Part shown: piece by piece, positions 48,328 through 58,153 of the stretch | Layout: the number at the start of each line of letters is the position of its first letter | Numbering within the stretch: position 1 is the first letter of the stretch | Sequence record: MH383160 | Length of the DNA stretch: 64,000 nt | Reading direction: 5' to 3' (one strand) | Source: Escherichia phage UB | Program-made: the position numbers and the translations under genes | The notes under the pieces: model-generated | Told to the model about the DNA's origin: nothing | What the model saw: only the letters and a program-made list of their open reading frames with translations | The model's database searches: none

Positions 48328-48687
48328 TCATATATTGAAATAATAATTATTCGTTCTTGATGGGGATGGATTAAATACGTTTTCTTTTTCAAATCTCTTC
48401 ATTTCATTTTGCAAAGAAACCATTTCTTCAAATGTACAGGAGTACTTATTCTTATCAAACACTAATGCAGCCTGAAATAGTTCGCCATCGTCCAGTACTG
48501 TATAATCTATAAGACTCTCAGATTCATAGTCATAGTCGTCATGTGATACATGAATAAATTTAAAACAAGAATCTTTGTAATGCATATATAAACTCAACTC
48601 ATGTTCCGAGTCGCCCTTAATAAGATTACAGCACAAGTCCCATCCTTTAGGTAACTTATAATAGTACATAGAATAATCATATGTCAT
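48328..48687 (-). CDS. family A protein, LVFDK subfamily
   Basis: 119 aa; DGELFQAALVFDKNKYSCTFEEMVSLQNEMK. Confidence 0.55.
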   Translation of the reverse strand: MTYDYSMYYYKLPKGWDLCCNLIKGDSEHELSLYMHYKDSCFKFIHVSHDDYDYESESLIDYTVLDDGELFQAALVFDKNKYSCTFEEMVSLQNEMKRFEKENVFNPSPSRTNNYYFNI

Positions 48688-49043
48688 TCTTGAATTCCTA
48701 AATTGAATTTGTATTCTTGATTAATACTTGCATTGGGTTTATGCAAAGCAGCATACTCTTTCATTTCATTTTGTATTGCAATAACTTCTTCAAATGTACA
48801 CAAGTACTTCTTATCAAATACTAATGATTCTTGGAATAGTTCTGCGGTATCCATTAATGTATAGTCCGGCATATCTTGGTGTGGATACTGTAATGAACTG
48901 TAATCAATGAATGTAAATTTACCCTGAGTGTAATGAATATACTCATTCGCACTGTGCATTAAATCACCTTTGTTTAAATTACAAAAGTACTGATAACTGT
49001 GCTTGAAAGTATGTACTGATATTAAAAAATCAAATTCCATCAC
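48684..49043 (-). CDS. family A protein, LVFDK subfamily
   Basis: 119 aa; TAELFQESLVFDKKYLCTFEEVIAIQNEMK. Confidence 0.55.
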   Translation of the reverse strand: MMEFDFLISVHTFKHSYQYFCNLNKGDLMHSANEYIHYTQGKFTFIDYSSLQYPHQDMPDYTLMDTAELFQESLVFDKKYLCTFEEVIAIQNEMKEYAALHKPNASINQEYKFNLGIQE

Positions 49044-49417
49044 TCTTCTCCTAGATTAAAAAATTTCCAGAAATCGGCCTCACCAGTACTGCACCAGATA
49101 TCTATACATTCCCTGTGAATACATTTAATTCTACGCTGTAATTCAATCATCTCTTCTAATGTACAGATGTACTTCTTATCAAATACTAATGCCTCCTGGA
49201 ACAGTGCAGCATCATCAAGTACTGTATAGTCCGGCATCTCGATAGATATCCCATGAAACCCAGTACTAAAATCCATCAAATAAAAGTCAGCATTCCAGTA
49301 CTTTAAAATCTTGTCCCTAGCGTAGTTTAAATCACCCTTGTATAAGTTAGAGTGCGTAACTAACTCACCAGTGTACATCCATGTCCTTGCACAAAATTCA
49401 TTATATTTTATTTCCAT
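49040..49417 (-). CDS. family A protein, LVFDK subfamily
   Basis: Track ORF 49040..49525 trimmed to internal Met (MEIKYNEF) by analogy with paralogue length; DAALFQEALVFDKKYICTLEEMIELQRRIK. Confidence 0.5.
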   Translation of the reverse strand: MEIKYNEFCARTWMYTGELVTHSNLYKGDLNYARDKILKYWNADFYLMDFSTGFHGISIEMPDYTVLDDAALFQEALVFDKKYICTLEEMIELQRRIKCIHRECIDIWCSTGEADFWKFFNLGEE

Positions 49418-49614
49418 CTTAATCTCTACTATAATTAATAAGGTAAACTCCAATATAAGGAGCACGTTGCGGGGGCGGGGTATTTTTTGTTTCAGGAAAC
49501 ATGAACTGTACTCTGAAAAACACAATATAAAACTTTATATTAAACATATACCTTAGCATGTTTTTCAGCGGAAATTTTTTTGACCCCCCTGCGGCCTGTA
49601 AAAATGAAACGTCT

Positions 49615-49824
49615 CTATTTATTCAGCCTAGAAAGCTTGATTTCTTCAATCCTTTTCATCGCACAAAGCCTTCGACTCGTCATCTCGTATAAATTCAATA
49701 CTCGGTGTACCGTATTATCTACACTCTGAACCAAATATGTATCCTTCAAAATCAAATCCATCATGTATTCAAAACCCTTAATACTATGCGAACTTAACAC
49801 TTCCGGCTCTTCAAACGTAATCAT
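49615..49824 (-). CDS. hypothetical small protein
   Basis: 69 aa ORF. Confidence 0.4.
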   Translation of the reverse strand: MITFEEPEVLSSHSIKGFEYMMDLILKDTYLVQSVDNTVHRVLNLYEMTSRRLCAMKRIEEIKLSRLNK

Positions 49825-50041
49825 AATTCCAATCCCCTATCCCATCTAACCTTCTAAGATATCTTGCGTAAATTATTTCGAAATATCTGTGCAACGAAAT
49901 TACGGATTGCTCATAATCATCATTCCTGTACATTGTGCATGTAAGAAAATCATTTAACCCAAAATCTAAACTGCACTTGAACTTCTCCTTTGCAATATCA
50001 CTATTACTTGCACTTTTCATAATAAACCCTTTGTACCGCAT
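49811..50041 (-). CDS. hypothetical small protein
   Basis: 76 aa ORF. Confidence 0.4.
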   Translation of the reverse strand: MRYKGFIMKSASNSDIAKEKFKCSLDFGLNDFLTCTMYRNDDYEQSVISLHRYFEIIYARYLRRLDGIGDWNYDYV

Positions 50042-50195
50042 TGGTGTACTGTGAACTCAGCACCACTAATAGGTAATCTATATTGTAAGCACGATTTCCT
50101 CGTTGACTAGCACGGCTGGAATAAAGAATATTATCCACATATGTATTGAACTGATCTTCAAATAACTCTTTCATCAGCATTATCCCATCACATAA

Positions 50196-50819
50196 TCATA
50201 CATTAACAACTTTATCGATGTAATCTTCTAACATATCAATATATCTGGTATTGGTTCTAACTAAAAGGTATGCAAATCCAGAGAACTCATGTGTATAATG
50301 CTTTACAGCGTACATACAACGAAGCTTATCATTGTCATACATTGTACTGTACTGAAACAAACTCTCGTCTGATAGCTCTAATAACGCTTGGGCTTCACTT
50401 CTCGTGAACTTCATAGGGTCATGTACTGCATCACAAAAACAAACCTGTGTCTCGCTATTGAAACCCTGTGATAGATATATACCTTCACACTCTGAACGCA
50501 CCGATACTGCATTATAACTATGTGTTGCCCCCATCATATCTGAACTCAAAACTAAAATCAACCCATTTTTATTTTTAATCAACAAATCTGACTTAAGGGA
50601 TTTGATCTCCGTATGGGAAATATCACCAAATCTTCCTGGGACTTCAAACTTATCAACGTTGTATACAATCTTTTGTACTTGCTCTTTTAAACGCTTAATT
50701 GCACTTCTGTCTTTTTCTAATGTATCTAATAAACTCATTGAACTCATTGTGCTTTCCTTACATATTTGTACCGAACAAAACGGAACTTTGAATGCCATTA
50801 ATCGACACTTCATGTACAT
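50196..50819 (-). CDS. family A protein
   Basis: 207 aa; DESLFQYSTMY; start likely internal. Confidence 0.55.
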   Translation of the reverse strand: MYMKCRLMAFKVPFCSVQICKESTMSSMSLLDTLEKDRSAIKRLKEQVQKIVYNVDKFEVPGRFGDISHTEIKSLKSDLLIKNKNGLILVLSSDMMGATHSYNAVSVRSECEGIYLSQGFNSETQVCFCDAVHDPMKFTRSEAQALLELSDESLFQYSTMYDNDKLRCMYAVKHYTHEFSGFAYLLVRTNTRYIDMLEDYIDKVVNV

Positions 50820-51102
50820 ATATATTTTGTCTGAACAAAGGAACTAATTGAACTAAACTCGTTTGCATAATAATATGCATATGTACATTGTCATATGCCG
50901 TTTCGTATTGGAAACGTGCAGCTTCATCTTCTATGAAATTCGGAACTTGGACTGGATTCTCAAAATTTGTCCTTGTACTGAACTGTACATCATTGTCCTG
51001 TACCTTAATACCATATGAATTATCATTGTTATCAACTACATCAAATTCAATTAAACTACCATCTTTACTGACGTTTACTATATAAACCGAAAATCGACTC
51101 AT
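50758..51102 (-). CDS. family A protein (variant motif)
   Basis: 114 aa; EAARFQYETAY. Confidence 0.5.
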   Translation of the reverse strand: MSRFSVYIVNVSKDGSLIEFDVVDNNDNSYGIKVQDNDVQFSTRTNFENPVQVPNFIEDEAARFQYETAYDNVHMHIIMQTSLVQLVPLFRQNIYVHEVSINGIQSSVLFGTNM

Positions 51103-51647
51103 AAACCTATTTCCTCTAAATCTTTGACAAATGTATCATAATCCGATAATGACAAAAATATGTCTGTACTGATGTTTTGACGTAATGTATTAAACAAATT
51201 ATGTACCTGTAATAAATCAGGTGCATAAATCAGGGATTGCTGGAAATACGATTCTTCTGTATCTAATATATCCCTGCACTCAATTTCACGAACTCGTTGG
51301 TATATTGAATTTAATAATACATTTTCATCTTTGAGCATTGGAAGGTATCGGATGTACATGTGCTCCATCAACTCATCCTGGATTGAACCCCTGAACTGCA
51401 ACACGTATTCAAAACACATCACTACATCTTGTAGGTAATTGGCACTGTAATTATTGCTGTAAACAATCTTATGACTTCTGAACTCATCATCATTTCTGAA
51501 CCAATTGTCACCTACTTTGGTGTACTTATGACTAAGCTTCCCATCCTCCAACGCTCGAATGAACTTCATAATGTTAATTGCAAAATCATATGAATGATGC
51601 TTGTGTTGATGCATTTTTACCTCAATTCTGTCCGAAAAAATAACCAA
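51099..51647 (-). CDS. family A protein
   Basis: 182 aa; EESYFQQSLIY. Confidence 0.55.
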   Translation of the reverse strand: MVIFSDRIEVKMHQHKHHSYDFAINIMKFIRALEDGKLSHKYTKVGDNWFRNDDEFRSHKIVYSNNYSANYLQDVVMCFEYVLQFRGSIQDELMEHMYIRYLPMLKDENVLLNSIYQRVREIECRDILDTEESYFQQSLIYAPDLLQVHNLFNTLRQNISTDIFLSLSDYDTFVKDLEEIGL

Positions 51648-51817
51648 AATGTTTAAAGCAAGAAAGCATTACTATGTTCATCACTCTATCATCAAATTCA
51701 TCTTGTGTTTCTGCACATAATGTTTCACAGATATTCAAATGTAATAATTCAAGCTGGAAACTGTCGGTGAACCAATCAAACTTACGGTATTTTTGTTTAA
51801 CATCAACTGTAAGCATA

Positions 51818-52441
51818 CTATATATCCAACCCTTTTACAACATCTACGAAATGTTCAAACACTTCTTTTGAAAAATAACCACCTTCACAAAAAAGCATAC
51901 TAAACGGTGGCAGCATGTCCGATAACTCTTTAGCTAAATTGATTTCTGCTCTTAACTCTTGAACATCAATGATATCATGTACTAAAGATAATTGAAACAT
52001 GAATGCATCTACATCTTCATTCATTTCTGAATTGTAATATAACTCTTCAGGGAATTTGTCGGTTTCGTAATAATAAAAAACTTTATTGTTGAACACACCA
52101 CTAATAGGAACATCATTTTCATCTTTCTTTGAAATGTTTGTTTCCCATGACTCTATATTATTAGGAACAAAAAAATCATAGGCTGACTTTGAACCCTGTA
52201 CTGAATCCAACTTTATTCCATAATATTCCGTATCCATGTATTTCTGCTGTAATGTAATACCACGTGTACTGACATTCACTTGGAATATATCATCTTTATC
52301 TGGAACACTAAATGGAATACATAACACTGAATTCTCAGGGTATTTGGCAATGAATGCATCCAGCACTTTATTAAGCACTGGAATGGCAATTTTACTGTAC
52401 TGCATCAAATCATACATTTTAATTCTGGTCATATCATTCAC
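51818..52441 (-). CDS. family A protein
   Basis: 207 aa; DAFMFQLSLVH. Confidence 0.55.
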   Translation of the reverse strand: MNDMTRIKMYDLMQYSKIAIPVLNKVLDAFIAKYPENSVLCIPFSVPDKDDIFQVNVSTRGITLQQKYMDTEYYGIKLDSVQGSKSAYDFFVPNNIESWETNISKKDENDVPISGVFNNKVFYYYETDKFPEELYYNSEMNEDVDAFMFQLSLVHDIIDVQELRAEINLAKELSDMLPPFSMLFCEGGYFSKEVFEHFVDVVKGLDI

Positions 52442-52973
52442 CTGTGTATGTTTTCACCCTTAGCGATTCAAAATCCCATACATCACTGATTGTACCATTG
52501 TGCCTGTAATCATAATATTCTACTAATACATTATACAATAACTTCAACGATACAAATTCATGATTCCACGGAGCTTTATTGTCATGAACACATTTGGTGA
52601 TATAAGGTATAATATATAAACTAAACAACACTAATGGTGAATGTATACATTGCATTTGAAAATATTCTTCTTCTTGCATACAATGTTCAGGAATAATTAG
52701 ATCATAATGTGTCTCAAATAAATGTAAACCTATTGTGGTTTTTTTCGTATCACATGCGTACCATATTGTACTATCCGAAATAAATGGAATGATACCATTA
52801 TTGTTTGCAATGTACATCATATGGTAAGAGCGATTTGTCTTGTTAAATATCTCGATACTTTCGATATTACTACAAATCATGTATTCAAGGCAATCAATGA
52901 TCTTATCTTTAAATGTACCAATTTCATTGAATGACATTGCTTTCTGTACTTTTGATACTGTTGTACTGCTCAT
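52434..52973 (-). CDS. family A protein
   Basis: 179 aa; EEEYFQMQCIH. Confidence 0.55.
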   Translation of the reverse strand: MSSTTVSKVQKAMSFNEIGTFKDKIIDCLEYMICSNIESIEIFNKTNRSYHMMYIANNNGIIPFISDSTIWYACDTKKTTIGLHLFETHYDLIIPEHCMQEEEYFQMQCIHSPLVLFSLYIIPYITKCVHDNKAPWNHEFVSLKLLYNVLVEYYDYRHNGTISDVWDFESLRVKTYTGE

Positions 52974-53512
52974 ATGTTCTCCTTAAAAAAATCCAAATAC
53001 TCTTCATTGAAAGCATATGTATCATCTTTTTTGTTATGCACCACATAATCATAAAGAGCTATGAATGCAGGGATTATGATCTTACATGATTTATTATTGT
53101 ATTTGTACTGCTCCAAATCAACGGTGTTCAATTTAGCAATAAGCATAGCAGCAAAGATATCTTCATGGCGGTGTACTGTGCTGTACTGAAAATACTCATC
53201 CTCTCCAATATCGGGATGATATAACGGTATAACCAAATTATTACGAATTGACATTTTATATTTTTGTAATGCAGCTAAATGCATGAACCACAATCTATCT
53301 TCATGGAAAGATGGAAAAATAATTTTGTCTGTGCTAATAAAAATTTCTTCATTTCGATTATTTGTCACAAGAGGTGCATACATTTTAATTTTTGCAGATT
53401 TAATAATTAAATTAAAAATATAATGAATCTTATGAACTGCACTTGATGCATCTTCGTATGTACTTGGGATTATGAAACTCACTATATGTTCTCCTTTAAA
53501 ATGAATACACAT
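52970..53512 (-). CDS. family A protein
   Basis: 180 aa; EDEYFQYSTVH. Confidence 0.55.
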   Translation of the reverse strand: MCIHFKGEHIVSFIIPSTYEDASSAVHKIHYIFNLIIKSAKIKMYAPLVTNNRNEEIFISTDKIIFPSFHEDRLWFMHLAALQKYKMSIRNNLVIPLYHPDIGEDEYFQYSTVHRHEDIFAAMLIAKLNTVDLEQYKYNNKSCKIIIPAFIALYDYVVHNKKDDTYAFNEEYLDFFKENI

Positions 53513-53564
53513 GATAACAGCTTTGGTCTTCTATGTCAATACCAAAACGAAAAAAGCCCATATC

Positions 53565-54071
53565 TTACGATACAGGCGTTATGGGCATGTTGATTTGAAT
53601 TTCATTGTACAAATCATCAATATATAGACATGAAAAAAATACACTATCTTGTACTATATTGTTGTGATAAAGCATTTTAAATACTACATAAAAAAATAAA
53701 TCAATATCATCGTGGACTAAATTCTGCTGGAACCACCACTCGTCTGTTAAATCTTGTGCATTAAAATCATCAGGAACTTCAATGAACGACATATCACAAT
53801 CTTCTTTGTACTCAAACCACATGTCGTCATTCGGATAACGTTCATGCTTCTCTGGGTAACAATTGCTGGGATTAAATGTTAAAATATTAAACCCCGTAGA
53901 GCAACGTTCTTTATTTAAAAATGTATTATTCCATACCTGATATTTTTCACCAACATCAAGCTCTTCTGTTACTGATTTTATTGCACATAATGTACTGTAT
54001 ATTGTTTCTATCTTGTGAACATATTTAAATGCAGCATCTAAGCTGAACTCTAAATCATACATGTACTGCAT
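53565..54071 (-). CDS. family A protein
   Basis: 168 aa; DEWWFQQNLVH. Confidence 0.55.
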   Translation of the reverse strand: MQYMYDLEFSLDAAFKYVHKIETIYSTLCAIKSVTEELDVGEKYQVWNNTFLNKERCSTGFNILTFNPSNCYPEKHERYPNDDMWFEYKEDCDMSFIEVPDDFNAQDLTDEWWFQQNLVHDDIDLFFYVVFKMLYHNNIVQDSVFFSCLYIDDLYNEIQINMPITPVS

Positions 54072-54391
54072 AAAATTACCTCAACTAAAGCAAGGACTGT
54101 ATTGAATTCCACTATACTTGTAATTCCTTGAAGGTACATGTACTTTGCTACTACATATTTCTGTACTAAATTATAATTATTAAATTCCTCAAAATTGTAA
54201 TTTAGAACATAATCTGTACTCAAAAATATCTTATGCATCTCTAATGCACTTTGATAATACGCGTACAACTCACGGATATCAATACTGGTTAAATTATATT
54301 GTTCATATCTATGATACGGGATGGCTTCAATTTCAATACTATAAAACCATTCTCTTAACTTATTAATATCAAATGTATTATTCAGCTTCAT
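54050..54391 (-). CDS. hypothetical protein (array)
   Basis: 113 aa ORF; motif not evident. Confidence 0.45.
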   Translation of the reverse strand: MKLNNTFDINKLREWFYSIEIEAIPYHRYEQYNLTSIDIRELYAYYQSALEMHKIFLSTDYVLNYNFEEFNNYNLVQKYVVAKYMYLQGITSIVEFNTVLALVEVILCSTCMI

Positions 54392-54944
54392 AACTCAATA
54401 CCTCCATTAAACACTCATACACACCGTCAATCGCATAAGCACAAAAATTGAAATTAATTTTGTGATTCTTGTGTAATGGACTATTGTGTACTGTACTCAT
54501 TATGACATTATAAAATAACAAACGCACTGGTACAAGCATTGAACCTTGGAAAAATTCTTCCTCTGATTTATATGTATTGTACTCTATTGCGTTGTTCGTT
54601 TCTTTATCATATGTTACCATTACTAACGGGGCATTTTTATTATACCATGCGTACTCTAAATCATTCTTTCCAATAACAGAACCAGGTGCGAAATCCAAAA
54701 GACCAATAACACTACGGGCATTTGGTATATCTGGTGTATTGAATCGTTTATCAAAATGACTCGTGCACGCAATATATGTATTGTACTTCGATGGAATAAT
54801 ACCAATACATTTGTGGAAATGACGCTTGTGATATTTCTGGGCATTATATAAGGCTGCAACAATACAAGCTAACTTTTGTCCCATAAGGATGGCATTAGCG
54901 TAGGTGTACTGAATTTCATTGCTGGTATGGTACTTCGAGGTCAT
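54378..54944 (-). CDS. family A protein
   Basis: 188 aa; EEEFFQGSMLV. Confidence 0.55.
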   Translation of the reverse strand: MTSKYHTSNEIQYTYANAILMGQKLACIVAALYNAQKYHKRHFHKCIGIIPSKYNTYIACTSHFDKRFNTPDIPNARSVIGLLDFAPGSVIGKNDLEYAWYNKNAPLVMVTYDKETNNAIEYNTYKSEEEFFQGSMLVPVRLLFYNVIMSTVHNSPLHKNHKINFNFCAYAIDGVYECLMEVLSYEAE

Positions 54945-55227
54945 AATATTTCCTTTGCCATATCATGGGCTTAAAATCAATAACAGCTTTCTGTATCTTT
55001 TTTAATAATAAGACATCATAACCACCCGTGTCAATCACTAATTGCTGTTGGAACAATTCTTCATCGGATAATGTATTGAAATCTACAAAATAATCTGTAA
55101 CTATCGAATCATTTAAATGTGCCATGTACCAACCTGAACTTCTTGAATAAATCAAATTCCACCCATCGTCATCATCTTCTAATTCAACATAAATCATATC
55201 TGGGGTATACATCATTTTATACTTCAT
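54916..55227 (-). CDS. family A protein
   Basis: 103 aa; DEELFQQQLVI. Confidence 0.55.
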   Translation of the reverse strand: MKYKMMYTPDMIYVELEDDDDGWNLIYSRSSGWYMAHLNDSIVTDYFVDFNTLSDEELFQQQLVIDTGGYDVLLLKKIQKAVIDFKPMIWQRKYYDLEVPYQQ

Positions 55228-55765
55228 AACTATATCCTTGCATTAATAAATCATAAACTACATGGACTAAATTTAATTGAATATAAAATTTTAAACCTTT
55301 AATTAATGAATTCAAATGCATTGTACTGAATAACATTAGATACATCATCTCATGCGGTTTTGTGATTAATGATTTTTGAAATACTTCAGCTTCATCATAA
55401 GGGTCTATGAACTGAAATTTGTCTTCATCATAATTTGTATTGGAATGCTGATATATAAAATAATCATCATTGGTATTGTACCACAAATATCCTTCGAATC
55501 CTGTACTAACATCTTTGGTCAATGGGGATGCTGATACTGGATTTGAACTGATTAATGCACCTACATCAACAATCCCCGTTGTATCATATTCGATTTCAAC
55601 ATCAATATCAATGTATTTCCTTGCGATATCTGCGTTTATGGACAAATATAAACTACCACCTGTCCTCTGACTCAGGATTCCATCTATCTGCGATATAGGA
55701 TGGTTGTTATTGAGGATAAGCATTATTGTACTTATCTTGTGTGCTAATAACTCTATCTCATTCAT
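55217..55765 (-). CDS. family A protein
   Basis: 182 aa; EAEVFQKSLIT. Confidence 0.55.
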   Translation of the reverse strand: MNEIELLAHKISTIMLILNNNHPISQIDGILSQRTGGSLYLSINADIARKYIDIDVEIEYDTTGIVDVGALISSNPVSASPLTKDVSTGFEGYLWYNTNDDYFIYQHSNTNYDEDKFQFIDPYDEAEVFQKSLITKPHEMMYLMLFSTMHLNSLIKGLKFYIQLNLVHVVYDLLMQGYSYEV

Positions 55766-55965
55766 AATTTACCTATCGATGGATACCTAGGATTTGTAGG
55801 ATGTAAAATCCTGTCCTGTACTGAAAGGTGCTCAAATGTAATTAAACTCAAATAATAATCGTAATTATCAATACCACCCTTCAAATGTATATTGTAATAC
55901 ATCTTAATACTATCTAATAATGAATCCTGTAATGCATTTAATGTTATCGTATTAATCTTTTGCAT
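55762..55965 (-). CDS. hypothetical small protein
   Basis: 67 aa ORF. Confidence 0.35.
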   Translation of the reverse strand: MQKINTITLNALQDSLLDSIKMYYNIHLKGGIDNYDYYLSLITFEHLSVQDRILHPTNPRYPSIGKL

Positions 55966-56171
55966 TAATGTTCTTCTCTTAAAAATCGTTTGATAGCATA
56001 ATCTAAATAAAATTCATAACACATGCTATCTCTGTTCTTTATCCATATTTTGTAATCGGATTTTATATTACTCAACAAATAATTTGTATTAATTGTGTAA
56101 TAATCCAAACGACCTAATCGTGCCATTTGATAGGATACTCCGTTCCATTTATTGTATAAGATATAATCCAT
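55965..56171 (-). CDS. hypothetical small protein
   Basis: 68 aa ORF. Confidence 0.35.
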   Translation of the reverse strand: MDYILYNKWNGVSYQMARLGRLDYYTINTNYLLSNIKSDYKIWIKNRDSMCYEFYLDYAIKRFLREEH

Positions 56172-56524
56172 CCGTAATGAATAGGACTATTCTTTTCTCC
56201 TTTAGGAATAAAATATAAAGATGTACTGGGGTTATAACTGAATAAATCGTTGTTACCAAATGTAAAATGCGATAACTCAATTTTCCTTGTACCTGTACTT
56301 GGACGAAGAGCATTCTTAACACCGAAGACTGTACCTTGATATTTCTCGGAAAATTCAAACAATACATCTGTAATTAAATCACGAAACTCCGCATGTATGG
56401 TTTCAAAAAAATCTATATTACACGATGTTTTAATATCCTTGAACTCATTATAAAAAGCATGTCTTGTATTCAAAAGAAATATTACTTTTTTAAGATCCTG
56501 AACTATTTCTGGATTCATATTCAT
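56114..56524 (-). CDS. hypothetical protein
   Basis: 136 aa ORF. Confidence 0.45.
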   Translation of the reverse strand: MNMNPEIVQDLKKVIFLLNTRHAFYNEFKDIKTSCNIDFFETIHAEFRDLITDVLFEFSEKYQGTVFGVKNALRPSTGTRKIELSHFTFGNNDLFSYNPSTSLYFIPKGEKNSPIHYGWIISYTINGTEYPIKWHD

Positions 56525-56756
56525 TTATCTCATTCTGTAACTTAAGCATCAAAATTTGCATATTAATTTTTTGTAAAAGGTGCTTGATAAATTTCTGTGC
56601 CATTTCTTCTTGTTCTTTTGTACCAAGATAAAATAACAGATTAAATTCTGATAATCGCAAAGAAAAATCTTCATCACCACCCTTTAAACAAAAATCCCTG
56701 TACTTTGTAGCGTACAAATATTGGTTTACCTTTTTATAATACCCTGTGTTTTGCAT
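56490..56756 (-). CDS. family B small protein (outlier copy)
   Basis: 88 aa; FYLGTKEQEEMAQKFIKHL. Confidence 0.45.
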   Translation of the reverse strand: MQNTGYYKKVNQYLYATKYRDFCLKGGDEDFSLRLSEFNLLFYLGTKEQEEMAQKFIKHLLQKINMQILMLKLQNEINEYESRNSSGS

Positions 56757-56944
56757 ACTATCTCCGTTCGCAACGAATTTATATAATAATGAACAAATTG
56801 TTCTTGTGAACGTGTTCCAAGAAAAATAAACATATCAAACTCTGTTGTTTTTAAATTCAATGCATCTTTTGTAAAATTCCTGTTGAATTCCCTGTACTTT
56901 TGGGTCTTCCATTCTTGATTAATTGTCTTGTATATCGATTTCAA
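56726..56944 (-). CDS. family B small protein (outlier copy)
   Basis: 72 aa; IFLGTRSQEQFVHYYINSL. Confidence 0.45.
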   Translation of the reverse strand: MKSIYKTINQEWKTQKYREFNRNFTKDALNLKTTEFDMFIFLGTRSQEQFVHYYINSLRTEIVCKTQGIIKR

Positions 56945-57239
56945 TGATTCTCCCTGACATACCTTGTATTAGCTTATCATACATATCGAGCATCACTTTT
57001 TGAATATTAATTAGTACTGGCATCGTGCAAATATCAATGTCGTATACTAAGCTGTACTGGAATAATTCATCTTCCTGCATTTGTACTAAATTAGGTAAAA
57101 GATAATTGTCTGCCTCTTCATCCTGGTACTTGAAATGCATAACACCATCCTTTTTGTACAAAAGAATGTCAATATCACCTAACTCTTCTGCATAACCAAA
57201 AATACATATACTCGATGTTTTTGCTATATTAAATTTCAT
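56919..57239 (-). CDS. family A protein
   Basis: 106 aa; EDELFQYSLVY. Confidence 0.55.
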   Translation of the reverse strand: MKFNIAKTSSICIFGYAEELGDIDILLYKKDGVMHFKYQDEEADNYLLPNLVQMQEDELFQYSLVYDIDICTMPVLINIQKVMLDMYDKLIQGMSGRIIEIDIQDN

Positions 57240-58045
57240 GATTTATATTGTTCCTTAAAAACACCACAATGATAATTTTTATTGTATTGTGTAATACTAT
57301 AATCACACGGCATTGTCCCGCACGAAGCTCTGTGTTTTAAACGTTCCAATACCTTATCGTAATCTTTACTGAAAATGCCATTTTCATTGGGCGTAGCAAT
57401 CATTAATGCTTGCTCATATAAATCTTTTGTTCTTGTTGAACCATGCGAATGTTTGTTAAAATAAAATACATATTCAACTTCCCAATTACTTCTTAAATAG
57501 GATATTCCGTAATTGATAATCATATAATAATGTAAATCCTTGTAATAATTGAATGTCTTATCTGTATTAATCAAAATATATGAAGAACTATCATTGTCCT
57601 TAATAACAAATAAACGACCAATCTTATTTTCTTTATCTTTAACTAATTGTCTAATTTCATCACCTTCTTCAAATTTACGATGCACTTCAATTACAGATTT
57701 AGCAATCCCAGTCTGTACTAAAGATTCATATGTTGCGTACATAAAATCACTTACATGACCTAAACCAACATCTTCTTTTCTTGGTGTCTCTGTTGTATTG
57801 ACAAACATATTCAATAACTTTTGAATTGAAAAATCAGTACTGCAATCTTTATTAATTTTAATTTTTTCTCGAATCTCTTCCTTTAATGCATTAATATATT
57901 GCTCTTGTGCTGCTTCCTGATAATTTGTACCAAGATATAAACTCAAGGCAACTGAACCTTTGTAAGATGCTGATTTCTTTAAATCACCAGAACTAAATTT
58001 TTTCATAATCAAATTGGTTGCTTCAGATTCTGTTAAAAATTTCAT
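57236..58045 (-). CDS. family B module fused to a larger C-terminal domain
   Basis: 269 aa; N-terminal about 75 aa carries LSLYLGTNYQEAAQEQYINALKEEI; followed by about 190 aa unrelated region. Confidence 0.55.
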   Translation of the reverse strand: MKFLTESEATNLIMKKFSSGDLKKSASYKGSVALSLYLGTNYQEAAQEQYINALKEEIREKIKINKDCSTDFSIQKLLNMFVNTTETPRKEDVGLGHVSDFMYATYESLVQTGIAKSVIEVHRKFEEGDEIRQLVKDKENKIGRLFVIKDNDSSSYILINTDKTFNYYKDLHYYMIINYGISYLRSNWEVEYVFYFNKHSHGSTRTKDLYEQALMIATPNENGIFSKDYDKVLERLKHRASCGTMPCDYSITQYNKNYHCGVFKEQYKS

Positions 58046-58153
58046 ATCATTGTACCTTATCTTAAAATTGAATAGGTAAACATGTTAACACTATTCAAAT
58101 GGAGTGTCAACATTGATCTTCATTCTGTGAATATTAAATTTCATATTATTCTC

